Assembly (NCBI GenBank): GCA_031549385.1
Contig: JAVBPW010000001.1
Coordinates: 192,001 to 256,000, forward strand
Origin: Alphaproteobacteria bacterium
GTDB lineage: Bacteria > Pseudomonadota > Alphaproteobacteria > Rs-D84 > SZUA-605
Reading direction: 5' to 3'
DNA: 64,000 nt
Positions 31,032-40,940 of the stretch are shown here, in pieces. The position numbers were made by a program, and so were the translations under genes. A model generated the notes under the pieces. That model searched no databases. It had not been told where the DNA came from and worked only from the letters and a program-made list of their open reading frames with translations. Every line of letters starts with the position of its first letter. Position 1 is the first letter of the stretch.

Positions 31032-34000
31032 TTATCTGTATGGTAGAGCTGGGATTGATAAGTATTGTCCTTCTCTTACTGTTACACCATTTGGTAACCA
31101 ACATCCATATGCATTTGTTGAGAATCCCATGTAACTTTTGTTACAATACATTGTTGATCCTGCTGAGTAAACTCTTGTTCTTGTTTCATAACATGATTTT
31201 AAGTTCAAGAACCCACAACGTTCATATCCACGTGATGTTACTGTGAAGTTACATGTTGTACCTGTCCATGATCCACCATTTAGTGCACACCATGCTCTGT
31301 TGTTTGACACAACTTGAGCAGCACGAGCAATAGCAGCAGCGGCATCAGCAGCAGCTTTTGCAGCAGCAGCACTCATAGCTAGTTCAGCTTCAAGTTTTGC
31401 TCTTTCTGCAGCTACTTCAGCAGATGTTTTACATGATCCGTCAGATTTCATACCATTAACACAAGTACATGCTTCATTAGCCCATGTTCCTGATGAACCT
31501 GTACATTTTGTATATGCTTCTTTTGCTACACATGATCCATTTGATGCTAGTGAGTGACCAACTGGACATGAACAAGTTCTGTTTGTATCGTTCCATGTTC
31601 CTTTTGTTCCTGTACAATTTGTATATTCAGATAATTTTGTACATGATCCTTCTGCATTTGTTGTGTGTCCTACTGGGCAAGCACATTTATCACCTGACCA
31701 TGTTCCACCACTTGCATTACAGTTTGTTAAATTACCTGTTGCTTTACAGAAACTTAGAGAGTCTGTTGCATAGCCACTTGGACATGAACATGATGATCCG
31801 TTCCAATTTCCACTTGATGACTTACAATTGTCTTCTTTTGATACTACACAAGATGTTCCTTGTAATGTGTATCCTGTTGGACATGAACATGTTCTTGCAC
31901 TGTTATTCCATGAACCATTTGAACCTACACATTGTTGGTATTGAGGTAAGATTTCACATCTTGTTCCTGATAATGCATACCCTGTGTTCAAACAGCTACA
32001 TACTTTTGCAGAGTCATTCCATGATCCACTTGTTGCTATACAATCTGTGAATGCTGGCATAGCTCCACATTTTGTTCCAACCGCTTGTTGACCTGTTCCA
32101 TTACATAGGCATTGTTTCAATGTATTATTCCATTCTCCACCTGTTGACTTACAATCTGTGTATGTTGGCATGATTGTACATCTTCCAGATACTAGGTTAT
32201 ATCCATCTCTGTTGTCACAAGAACAAGTTCTGATTGCGTTATCCCACTTTCCGCCACTGTCACGGCATAATACATAGTTAGGATCTTGTGTACAATTTCC
32301 ATTTGAATAGTATGAACCTTCTGTTGTACATCTCTTTTGTCCTTCAGAGTCTCCTTGTGATACTACAAGTGATTTCAAGCTATCCCAAATTTGATCTGGA
32401 ACGTTTGTGTTGCTTTCTTCACCATTTTGTGAGTATACCATATTTTCGAAGTCACACTTTGATACAGCTTCTGCCATAGCAGCTGTTTTCTTTCCTTCAA
32501 TTTGACCTGTTCGACAATCATAGTAATTTGTTCCACAATTTGATTTCAAGTAACCATTTACCATTTCCATACATTCTTCAACTGTGTAACCCCAATCTGA
32601 TAAAGTTTTTTGTTTAAACTTAGCCCAGATTTCATCAGATCTTGCTGCACGCATTAAGTCTTCTGAACAGTTTGGTTTTTGTGATTCAAGTAATTTTGAA
32701 TTTCGGCAATCTTGGAAGAGCTTTAATTCATAGTTTCCTGTTGGATCAATATTATCTGGCAATTCTTGACCTGCTGCAATCGCTGTTTGTGCTGCTGCTT
32801 TTGCTTCAGCTGATAATTCAGTTTGTGTCTGTCTTCCACATTGCTTTACCATACATTGATATAGTTGTTCATAACTTGTTTTATCTGATGCGTCTGTAAA
32901 TGTATCTTTGAATAAAATTCCATTGATAATTCTTTCCCATACATTGTTTTCATCACTTGCATCAAGATATGTTCCTGCACAACGTTTGATTGTGTCTCCA
33001 CATTGTGTTTGAGCCATTTTTTTAACATCAGCTACAAATCCGTCTTTTGTCTTTGTTTCAGCTGTACCACTTGCACATTTTAATAAATCTTCACCACATG
33101 CTGTTTTTACACAAGACATAGATTGTTCAAAACATTGTTGTGTTGATAATTGTGATCTTGCTAATGTATTTTTCTTAAATGCTTTCCATAATACATCTGT
33201 ATTTGTTTCATCTCTTACTTGACCTTTTGCAAGAGTTGGCATATTAACACCTTGGCATTGATTCAATACTGATTTACATAATGGTTTCTTTGCTTCTAAT
33301 TCTGCGTCTGAGTAACAGTATTCTAAATTAATTCCACATACTGCTTCGTCTTTCATACATCTGTTCAAATCAGTTGAACATTGTTCTGCATTGAATTTGT
33401 TTTTAGTTTTCAAGCTGTATTCTGTATCTTTCATTTGATATTGGTTATATGCATTTTGTTGCACTACTTTCTTTTCAAAAATCTTTGCATCTAAATCTCT
33501 TGAATATGTACGGCAATCATTTCCTGCTAATGTAGAATAAGATTCAACTACTCTTGATTTTGATTCTGGACATAATTCTAATGCTGTTTCGCAATTCTTT
33601 TGAGCTTGCTTAAATAATGCATCACCTTCTTTTCTTACTGAATTCTTTGATACATCACCCATAAATACTTCAAAAATGTCTTGTTCACTTGCAAGACTTT
33701 CATTTGTTACACCTAGTTCTTCTAATTCTTTTGCTGTAACTTCTTTTAAAACTGTAGCAAAATCTTTTCCTTCAGCGTCAGCTTGTGCTTTTGCTGTATC
33801 AAGATTTTTTGTTTGCCATTGTAGTTGGTTTATATTTGCTACTACTTTATTTAATTCTTTTTCTTTTGCTGATTGATTTACTATTGAGCCTGAACACAAA
33901 CATCTTCCTATAACAGAATCATCTGCTGTATCTTGACAGTATGTATCCATACATTTTGTAAATTGTGTTTTACAAGCATCTTCATTAGCCATTTGAGTTG

Positions 34001-34742
34001 CTACTTCTTCTTTTGTTTTTGCAGTAACTGTTTCTGTCGATGAAACTAAATCAGAATAATTTGTTGTGGTTGATGTAGTTGTTGTAGTTGTTCCTACTCC
34101 AACTGCTGCAGCTGTTGCTGCACCCATTCTGCTAACTCCACTTCTTGCAGCTGATGTTCCACCAACTGTAGTTCCTGTTCTTGCTGATCTTGCTGTTGAG
34201 GCTCCTGTTGTGCCTCTTGCTGATCTTGCGCTTCTTGCACTTGATGTTCCGCCTGCAACTAATGCTCCGGCCGCACTTCGTGCTGAACGTGCTGTTGAGG
34301 CTCCTGTTGTGCCTCTTGCTGATCTTGCGCTTCTTGCACTTGATGCCCCGCCTTCAACTACTGTTGCTCCGGCCGCACTTCGTGCTGAACGTGCTGTTGC
34401 TCCAGATGCGCCTCTTGCACTTCGTGCAGATCTTGCTCCTGCTGTTGCTCCTGTTGCTGCTCCTCTTGCTGATCGAGCTCCGGCTGTTGTACCTGATGCG
34501 CCTCTAGCACTTCGTGCAGATCTTGCTCCTGCTGTTGCTCCTGTTGCTGCACCTCTGGCACTTCTTGCTCCACTTGCTGCGGCACCTCTTGCGCTTCTTG
34601 CACCTGCTGCTGAACCTTCTGTTCTTACGGTTCTTACAACTCGAACATCCTCTTCTATAATTTCTTCTTCCTGTGCGAAAGATACAGAATTAAACATAAA
34701 AGTAATTGATACTAATGATAATAATGCAAATAATTTCTTCAT
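31032..34742 (-). CDS. Secreted Cys-rich protein with ARSAR repeats and eight EGF-like 4-Cys repeats (paralogue B, 1236 aa)
   Basis: Signal peptide ending SFA, EEEIIEED, about ten ARSAR blocks, CKTQFTKCMDTYC...GRCLC core, Cys modules, C-x4-G-x-W...CxC...C repeats, C-terminal cap. Confidence 0.9.
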   Translation of the reverse strand: MKKLFALLSLVSITFMFNSVSFAQEEEIIEEDVRVVRTVRTEGSAAGARSARGAAASGARSARGAATGATAGARSARSARGASGTTAGARSARGAATGATAGARSARSARGASGATARSARSAAGATVVEGGASSARSARSARGTTGASTARSARSAAGALVAGGTSSARSARSARGTTGASTARSARTGTTVGGTSAARSGVSRMGAATAAAVGVGTTTTTTSTTTNYSDLVSSTETVTAKTKEEVATQMANEDACKTQFTKCMDTYCQDTADDSVIGRCLCSGSIVNQSAKEKELNKVVANINQLQWQTKNLDTAKAQADAEGKDFATVLKEVTAKELEELGVTNESLASEQDIFEVFMGDVSKNSVRKEGDALFKQAQKNCETALELCPESKSRVVESYSTLAGNDCRTYSRDLDAKIFEKKVVQQNAYNQYQMKDTEYSLKTKNKFNAEQCSTDLNRCMKDEAVCGINLEYCYSDAELEAKKPLCKSVLNQCQGVNMPTLAKGQVRDETNTDVLWKAFKKNTLARSQLSTQQCFEQSMSCVKTACGEDLLKCASGTAETKTKDGFVADVKKMAQTQCGDTIKRCAGTYLDASDENNVWERIINGILFKDTFTDASDKTSYEQLYQCMVKQCGRQTQTELSAEAKAAAQTAIAAGQELPDNIDPTGNYELKLFQDCRNSKLLESQKPNCSEDLMRAARSDEIWAKFKQKTLSDWGYTVEECMEMVNGYLKSNCGTNYYDCRTGQIEGKKTAAMAEAVSKCDFENMVYSQNGEESNTNVPDQIWDSLKSLVVSQGDSEGQKRCTTEGSYYSNGNCTQDPNYVLCRDSGGKWDNAIRTCSCDNRDGYNLVSGRCTIMPTYTDCKSTGGEWNNTLKQCLCNGTGQQAVGTKCGAMPAFTDCIATSGSWNDSAKVCSCLNTGYALSGTRCEILPQYQQCVGSNGSWNNSARTCSCPTGYTLQGTSCVVSKEDNCKSSSGNWNGSSCSCPSGYATDSLSFCKATGNLTNCNASGGTWSGDKCACPVGHTTNAEGSCTKLSEYTNCTGTKGTWNDTNRTCSCPVGHSLASNGSCVAKEAYTKCTGSSGTWANEACTCVNGMKSDGSCKTSAEVAAERAKLEAELAMSAAAAKAAADAAAAIARAAQVVSNNRAWCALNGGSWTGTTCNFTVTSRGYERCGFLNLKSCYETRTRVYSAGSTMYCNKSYMGFSTNAYGCWLPNGVTVREGQYLSIPALPYR
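34191..34550 (-). repeat. Nested 90-102 bp direct repeats in the ARSAR region of paralogue B
   Basis: Near-identical ~55-bp blocks at 34191/34290 and 34405/34495; 34-bp block at 34264/34366. Confidence 0.8.
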
Positions 34743-34817
34743 AAAAAAGCCCCTTCTCTTTTATCCTTTGCAAATAGTGTATCATATTTTGTAGTTGATT
34801 TAAAGTATAAACTGTTT

Positions 34818-36449
34818 TTATTTTACTTTATTTAGGACTTGAGTCTTAAAGCTTGACCAAACTGTTGCTTCTACATTCTTACAGTTTGAAAATACTGAAG
34901 AACAATTAATTTTGTGTGATTCAAGTTTTGCTTCTGTTTCACAATGTTGGAAAGTTGCTCCACAAAAATCATCGCTTTGCATACATGTACTTAAAGCATC
35001 AAAACATGCAGCAGCATCATACTTGTTGTCGCTTGCTGCAAGTTTTCTTTCTTTTTCTTGATATTGATTGTAAAGCTTTTGAATCTTTAAAGAATATTCT
35101 TTTTTCTTTACGCCTAATTCTTTTTCATACACACGACAGCTTTTTGCAACTTCGTTTGCATATATACCTGTTATGTATCCTCCAGTTACTCCGCTTGTTG
35201 GGCATAATTCTAAATATCTTGTACAATTATTATGAGCGTCTTTGTAAAGAGCTGCACCTTCTTTGATTTTGTCTTCTGGTGATGAAGTTCCATAATCTAC
35301 ATCATCATAATCTGTGACTTCTGCCAATTCGTTAAAACCTAATTCTGCTGCTATTTCTTCTGTGTATGCTTTATAAACATTACTTCCCAGTTTTCCACTT
35401 TGTCTTTTTACTTCTAACCCTGCAATAGATGATATCATCTGATTTATTCTTGATATCATTGTATCAAGTTCTTTTTTACTGTCTGCATAATCTTCATATG
35501 TTTTTGCACATAAACATCTTCCTATGATAGAATCTTCATCAACTAATTTATCATCACAATAATCATCCATACATTTGAAATATTGTTCCTGACATAATTT
35601 TGCATCTTTAACATCTATATTTTGAGATGCTGTTTCTGGTTCATGATCATAGTAATTTGAAACATAAGCTGTTCTTGAAGAAGTTGATCCAGATGAAGTT
35701 GATGCACTTCTTCTTGAAGAAGATGTAGGTGCAGTTGTACCATCTGTTCTTGCTGTTGCTGACCTTGCAGTAGATCCACCACTTGATGCACTTCTTGCCC
35801 CTGATGCAGTTGATTGTGGAACTGAAACTGTTATAGGCTCTGAACCCATTCCTGAACGAGCTACCGAACTGCCACCTGAAGAACCTCTTGATGACCTTGC
35901 TGAACGTGCACTGCTTTGAGTTGATTGTGTGGCAGTTGCCCCAGCAGATGAGTTTCTTGCACTTCTTCTTGCTGATGCTGATGAGCCACCTGTTTGAGTT
36001 GCTGGTTGCGCTCCACTTCCTCTTGCTGATCTTGCACTTGATCCTGTTGAACCTCTGGCACTTCGCGCTGATGATTGTCCTGTTGATGCACCAGCTGATG
36101 AACGAGCTGATCTTGCTGATGAGCCTGATGAACTCCTTGCTGAATTTTGAGCAGGTGCTGCGGCTTGAGACTGTCCAGTGCTTCCTCTTGCTGAACGAGC
36201 AGATGAACCTGCTCCACCTCTAGCACTTCGCGCAGATGAACTTCTTGTGCTTTTTCTTGCGTTTGGATCTTGTTCATCTTCGTCATCATCCTGGTTTGCT
36301 GTTTGAGATGGAGCAGAAGCGGTGCCTCTTGCTGACCTTGCTGATGACGAACTTGATCTGCTTGAAGTTCTGGAATATTGAGATAGAGCCGAATTTGTGA
36401 ATCCTGCTAGCACGACAAACAATATCAAAAATTTCAAACAACTTTTCAT
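34818..36449 (-). CDS. Secreted Ser-rich/Cys-rich protein with SARSAR repeats (paralogue A, 543 aa)
   Basis: Signal peptide, DDDEDE patch, eight RSAR motifs, CQEQYFKCMDDYC...GRCLC core, one Cys module, no C-terminal cap. Confidence 0.88.
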   Translation of the reverse strand: MKSCLKFLILFVVLAGFTNSALSQYSRTSSRSSSSSARSARGTASAPSQTANQDDDEDEQDPNARKSTRSSSARSARGGAGSSARSARGSTGQSQAAAPAQNSARSSSGSSARSARSSAGASTGQSSARSARGSTGSSARSARGSGAQPATQTGGSSASARRSARNSSAGATATQSTQSSARSARSSRGSSGGSSVARSGMGSEPITVSVPQSTASGARSASSGGSTARSATARTDGTTAPTSSSRRSASTSSGSTSSRTAYVSNYYDHEPETASQNIDVKDAKLCQEQYFKCMDDYCDDKLVDEDSIIGRCLCAKTYEDYADSKKELDTMISRINQMISSIAGLEVKRQSGKLGSNVYKAYTEEIAAELGFNELAEVTDYDDVDYGTSSPEDKIKEGAALYKDAHNNCTRYLELCPTSGVTGGYITGIYANEVAKSCRVYEKELGVKKKEYSLKIQKLYNQYQEKERKLAASDNKYDAAACFDALSTCMQSDDFCGATFQHCETEAKLESHKINCSSVFSNCKNVEATVWSSFKTQVLNKVK

Positions 36450-36525
36450 ATACTTTTAAAGTATATCATAGAAGCAGGTGCAAAAAAAGGTTTTTTTTGG
36501 GATTTATTGTGCTATGATTGAGGTT

Positions 36526-37218
36526 ATGACATTTATTCGAGTTTACATTGAGAGCAAAATTATTCCTAATACAAATATTGTAATTACAGGAGATGACTTT
36601 TTTTATCTTAAAAATGTTATGAGAATTAAACTCGGCAAAATTATAAAAATCTTCAATCAAAATGATGGGGAATTTTTTGCTACAATTATTGATATTACAA
36701 AAAAAGAAATCGTGTTAGAGGTTGATAAAAAATTCAGAAATATAGAAGATGAAAAATTAGACAATATTCATCTTTTTATTTCTCCACTTCGACATACTAA
36801 GATGTCTATATTAGTTGAAAAATGTGTTGAACTTGGAGTTGCTCAAATTACACCAGTTATAATGAAAAATACGGCTTTTGATATGGATTATCAAAAATAT
36901 AATACTATTATCAAAGAAGCATCTGAACAATCTGAGAGATTGTCTTTTATGAAATTGAATCCTGAAATAAAATTTGAAGAGTTTTTAAAAATAAAACAAG
37001 ATTTTATTTATCTTAAAGAAAGAGATGAAAAAGCTTTAAGCTTAATAGATGCAAAGGCTAAAAACATTAAAAATATCTTAGTTGGTCCAGAAGGTGGTTT
37101 TGACGAAAGTGAATTTAAACTTTTAGAAAAAACAAAAGGCATTCCTGTTTATCTTGGTGAATTGATTTTAAGAGCTGAGACTGCTGCTATAAAAGCAATA
37201 TCTGTTTTATCCGATTAA
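36526..37218 (+). CDS. rsmE: 16S rRNA m3U1498 methyltransferase
   Basis: NVMR, EKCVELGV, EASEQSER, VGPEGGF, LG..ILRAETA. ATG at 36526 after GAGG preferred as start. Confidence 0.93.
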   Translation: MTFIRVYIESKIIPNTNIVITGDDFFYLKNVMRIKLGKIIKIFNQNDGEFFATIIDITKKEIVLEVDKKFRNIEDEKLDNIHLFISPLRHTKMSILVEKCVELGVAQITPVIMKNTAFDMDYQKYNTIIKEASEQSERLSFMKLNPEIKFEEFLKIKQDFIYLKERDEKALSLIDAKAKNIKNILVGPEGGFDESEFKLLEKTKGIPVYLGELILRAETAAIKAISVLSD

Positions 37219-38085
37219 TTCTTTTCTTATTGTATTTTCTGGTAGTTGATGTTTATACCAAGTTCTTTGACGTTTAGCATAATGCTTGCTTTTAAAAATC
37301 ATTTCTTGAATTGCTTCTTGTTTTGTTATTAAACCATCAAAATATTTCTTAAATGATTGCACTCCATCTGCTTTACTTATTGTTCTTTGTTCTGGAATAT
37401 TTAATGATAGAAAGTTTTTTATTTCTTGCTCCATTCCATCATCTAACATTTGGTAAATTCTTTGTTCTATTCTTTCATTAATTTCGTCTTTTGGGCGGGA
37501 TACACAAATTATTTCAAAGTCATAAGGAAGTGCACCTAATCTTTTATTTTCTTTTGCTGATAAAAATGATTTTCCTTCTTGTAGGAAATATTCATATGCT
37601 CGAGATAATCTTTGTCTGTCATTTATATTTATTTTTTGTAAAACTTCTGGAGTATTTTTTTCTAGTTCTTTTGCTATTTCTTCATTAGTCATTTTTGAAA
37701 CTTTATTTCTTATTTTTATATCTGCTTCTGGAAGTTCATGTAGACCATTTAAAACTGCTGAAATATAAAAACCTGAACCTCCTACAAAAACTGGAAGTTT
37801 TCCTCGTGATATAATTTCATCAGCTGTTTCTTTTGCAAGAGATAAATATTTTCCAACTGAAAATTCATCTTTGCCGTCTATAAAATTAAATAGATGATGT
37901 GGAACTTTTTTTAAATCTTCTTTTGTAGGGGATGCTGTTACTATAGGAAGCTCTTTATAAATTTGAAGAGAGTCTATATTTATTATTTCGCCGTTGTTCT
38001 TTAGCGCATAGTCAATTGCAAAACTTGATTTGCCTGATGCTGTTGTGCCACAAATAATTACTGCCTTACTTCTTAGCTCTTGCAT
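37207..38085 (-). CDS. miaA: tRNA dimethylallyltransferase
   Basis: GTTASGKS, DSLQIY, PHHL, VGGSGFY, YAKRQRTW. Confidence 0.96.
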   Translation of the reverse strand: MQELRSKAVIICGTTASGKSSFAIDYALKNNGEIINIDSLQIYKELPIVTASPTKEDLKKVPHHLFNFIDGKDEFSVGKYLSLAKETADEIISRGKLPVFVGGSGFYISAVLNGLHELPEADIKIRNKVSKMTNEEIAKELEKNTPEVLQKININDRQRLSRAYEYFLQEGKSFLSAKENKRLGALPYDFEIICVSRPKDEINERIEQRIYQMLDDGMEQEIKNFLSLNIPEQRTISKADGVQSFKKYFDGLITKQEAIQEMIFKSKHYAKRQRTWYKHQLPENTIRKELIG

Positions 38086-38554
38086 TTTTCATAATCCTTT
38101 GTTTGGCTATGTCCCATTCTCTTCTTTTAATAGTTTCTCTTTTATCAAAAATGTTTTTACCTTTACCAATTGATATATTAAATTTTGCTAACCCTTTTTC
38201 ATCAAAATACAATTTTGTAGGTATTACAGCAAAACTTTTTTCATGTAAAGCTGGTAATATTTTTCTTATTTCTCTTTTTTTAAGAAGAAGTTTTTTAGGT
38301 CTTTTAGGATCTATTTCATCTGTAGAATTATCGTATGGAAGAATTGAAAAATTAGAAATATATAACTCACCATTCTTATCTGTTACATATGCGTCTTTTA
38401 TATTTACTCTGCCAAGTCTTAATGATTTTACTTCTGGACCAAGTAATGCAATACCTGCTTCAAATCCTTCTGTTAAAATATAATTGAAGTGTGCTTTGCG
38501 GTTGTCCGCAATTAATCCTGTTGTCAAAAAAGAGTGTTTCTTTTGTTTTCTCAT
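38066..38554 (-). CDS. smpB: SsrA-binding protein
   Basis: NRKAHFNY, EAGIAL.G.EVKSLR, R.KKLLL.KREI, GK..FDKR. Confidence 0.96.
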   Translation of the reverse strand: MRKQKKHSFLTTGLIADNRKAHFNYILTEGFEAGIALLGPEVKSLRLGRVNIKDAYVTDKNGELYISNFSILPYDNSTDEIDPKRPKKLLLKKREIRKILPALHEKSFAVIPTKLYFDEKGLAKFNISIGKGKNIFDKRETIKRREWDIAKQRIMKNARAKK

Positions 38555-38555
38555 T

Positions 38556-39848
38556 TTATTTACCTATACAAAACGATGAGAAGATATTATCTAATAAATC
38601 GTTTAATGATACTATACCTATTATCTCAGAAAGAGACACGGATGCAAGTTTTAAATTTTCTGCTTTTAAATCAACTTGATTTTCTTTGTCTGCAATTTGT
38701 AAATAATCATAAGCTTGTTTCAATAATCTTTTATGATGATTTGTTGTTGAATAAATATTAGATGATGATAGATTTTCTGTTATATAATCTTTTATGAATT
38801 CTTTTAATTTATCCATTCCTGTATTGTTCTTTATAGAAACTATAAATTGAGGATTTTTAAAATCTTTATTTATTTCATGTTTTATTGAATCAGATTTGTT
38901 GTAAACTATTATAGTTTTATCATCTATTAAATTTTCATCAAATTTATCTGTTACCATATAGATTTTTAAATCTGCTCGATTTGATAAATCAAGAGCTCTT
39001 TTTATTCCTTCTTTTTCTATTTCATCTTTTGCATCTCTTATACCTGCGGTATCTGAAAGAATAACTTTATAACCATTTATATCCAAAACACTTTCTAATA
39101 TATCACGGGTTGTTCCTGGAATATCTGATACAATTGCTTTGTTACTTCCTAGTAAAAAATTAAATAAAGATGACTTTCCACTGTTTGGTTCTCCAATTAC
39201 AGAAACTATAAAACCTTGAGTTATTTTTGAACCTATATCATTGCTCAAAATGGCAGAAATCTGACTCTTTGCGTCAATTATACGGCTTTTGATACGATTT
39301 TCTAAATCAATAGGTAATTCGTCCTCTGAAAAATCTATTGAAGATTCTATTAATGATTGAGCCTGGATTATTAAGTTTCTTAAATCCATATATTTTTGTG
39401 ATACATCACCATTTTGAAAATGTAGAGCTAATTTTCTTTGTGCATCAGTTTGTGAATTAATTAAATCTAATAACCCTTGAGCTTGCAATAAATCAAGTTT
39501 TCCATTTTCATAAGATAGTCTAGTAAATTCACCACATTTTGCTAAACGAGCACCTTGAGACTCAATTACTTCAAACATTTTATTTATTACCGCCTTACTT
39601 CCATGGACTTGGAATTCTACTGTGTCTTGACCAGTGAATGAATTTGGTCCTTTAAAATATAGTGTTAGACCAGAATCTATTTCTTGTCCTTTGTATGAAT
39701 ATTTATCAAAATATGCATAGCGAGGTTTGAATTCTTTTCGACCTGTTAATGCTTTTGCAATTGATAATGACAAATCGCCAGATATTCTTATTATAGAAAC
39801 TCCGGCTGTACCTGCAGCTGATGATAAAGCATATATCGTGTCTTTCAT
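38556..39848 (-). CDS. mnmE: tRNA modification GTPase MnmE
   Basis: DTIYALSS, PNSFTG.D.VE...HG, GEPNSGKSS, GTTRD, DTAG, terminal FCIGK; start taken at MKDTI. Confidence 0.96.
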   Translation of the reverse strand: MKDTIYALSSAAGTAGVSIIRISGDLSLSIAKALTGRKEFKPRYAYFDKYSYKGQEIDSGLTLYFKGPNSFTGQDTVEFQVHGSKAVINKMFEVIESQGARLAKCGEFTRLSYENGKLDLLQAQGLLDLINSQTDAQRKLALHFQNGDVSQKYMDLRNLIIQAQSLIESSIDFSEDELPIDLENRIKSRIIDAKSQISAILSNDIGSKITQGFIVSVIGEPNSGKSSLFNFLLGSNKAIVSDIPGTTRDILESVLDINGYKVILSDTAGIRDAKDEIEKEGIKRALDLSNRADLKIYMVTDKFDENLIDDKTIIVYNKSDSIKHEINKDFKNPQFIVSIKNNTGMDKLKEFIKDYITENLSSSNIYSTTNHHKRLLKQAYDYLQIADKENQVDLKAENLKLASVSLSEIIGIVSLNDLLDNIFSSFCIGK

Positions 39849-39937
39849 GAGGCAATATGTAGCACAACATTTTGAAAAATCAAACATTTTTATAAAAAAA
39901 GAGCCTTAAAAGGCCCTTTTTCTTAGTTTTTTATAGA

Positions 39938-40940
39938 TTAAAAGTTATATCTTAATCCTAAATTGATAGAAACAGCATCAATTACATTGCTGCTTTCAAA
40001 TGTCACATCTGAATATATATTAAATGCTTTTGGAAGTTTAACATTTAACCCAGCGCTAACTTCAAATGTAGTTCCACTTAGGTCACTTGTGTAATCTTCT
40101 CCAGCATATGTTATATCTGTTTTTCCATCAAGTTCTTGAGCAACTGCTAATTCAACAAATGGTTCGTAAATAGTTTTTCCTATTTTTGTTCCATAGCCAA
40201 ATAATACTCCCGCTCTTGTTACAAGACTTGTTGTTGTGCCATATTCGATTTCATCACCAAATGATGTTGTGAAATCTTTTGCTGCTGCAAATGCATATGA
40301 TAATTCAACTTTTGGTTCTAATAAGAAAGCTGATGACTTTCCTGTTTTGAACTTTAATTGACGTCCAAATTCAGCACTGAATACTGTAAATTGACGAGAT
40401 GGTGAATAATCTATTGCTTGATTTGCGGCACTGTAGGTTGTCATATCCATATTTGAGAAAAAGCTTCTTAAAGTTGCATCCGCAAACCAGCCTTCTTTAT
40501 TTAACCATGTCATATAAGCACCTATACTTGGAGTACTTGCTGAACCTTCTGAATAAATTCCATTGACTATGTTTTGATCTAAATCAATTGACATATTTTC
40601 AAAACTTATTGTACTTGATACTAATTGAAAACAATTTAATGTATTTTGTGATGCAGTAAGCTTTATATTACTACCTTCACCTTTAATTGTTGAAGTAGTT
40701 GATAATTGTTGAAGACCATGAGCATCATTTTCATTAATTAACTGTTACATCATTTTTTATAGTTACAGTAGCAGATCCTGTTATATTTATACCAACATAC
40801 GGATTGTTGCTGAAATCTGTTTGGCCAGCAGTGTCGTCTGGTATTATAATGTCTCCTGTTACATCTAATTGTGTAGCTAATGAACTACTTGATGTGCCAA
40901 AAATGACTAGCATAAGACATATTATGCTTAGTTTTTTCAT
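39938..40940 (-). pseudogene. Autotransporter pseudogene (frameshift plus internal deletion)
   Basis: Signal-peptide ORF stops at GTT AAT TAA (40734). Removing a duplicated TAAT restores one frame through a short passenger into a partial autotransporter barrel (GAYMTW...GWFAD, LEP..EL, R.G...G, terminal GLRYNF). Confidence 0.75.

Noticed and set aside
34066-34794. 242-aa + strand ORF (and 34181..34507, 34358..34603)
   Set aside because: Antisense or alternate-frame shadows of the low-complexity ARSAR region, which lacks stop codons; the minus-strand gene has a signal peptide and paralogues
35861-36289. 142-aa Q/E/V-rich alternate-frame ORF and 35888..36223
   Set aside because: Shifted or antisense readings of the SARSAR repeats of paralogue A
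38103-38761. + strand ORFs of 62-126 aa
   Set aside because: Antisense to smpB and mnmE, no motifs
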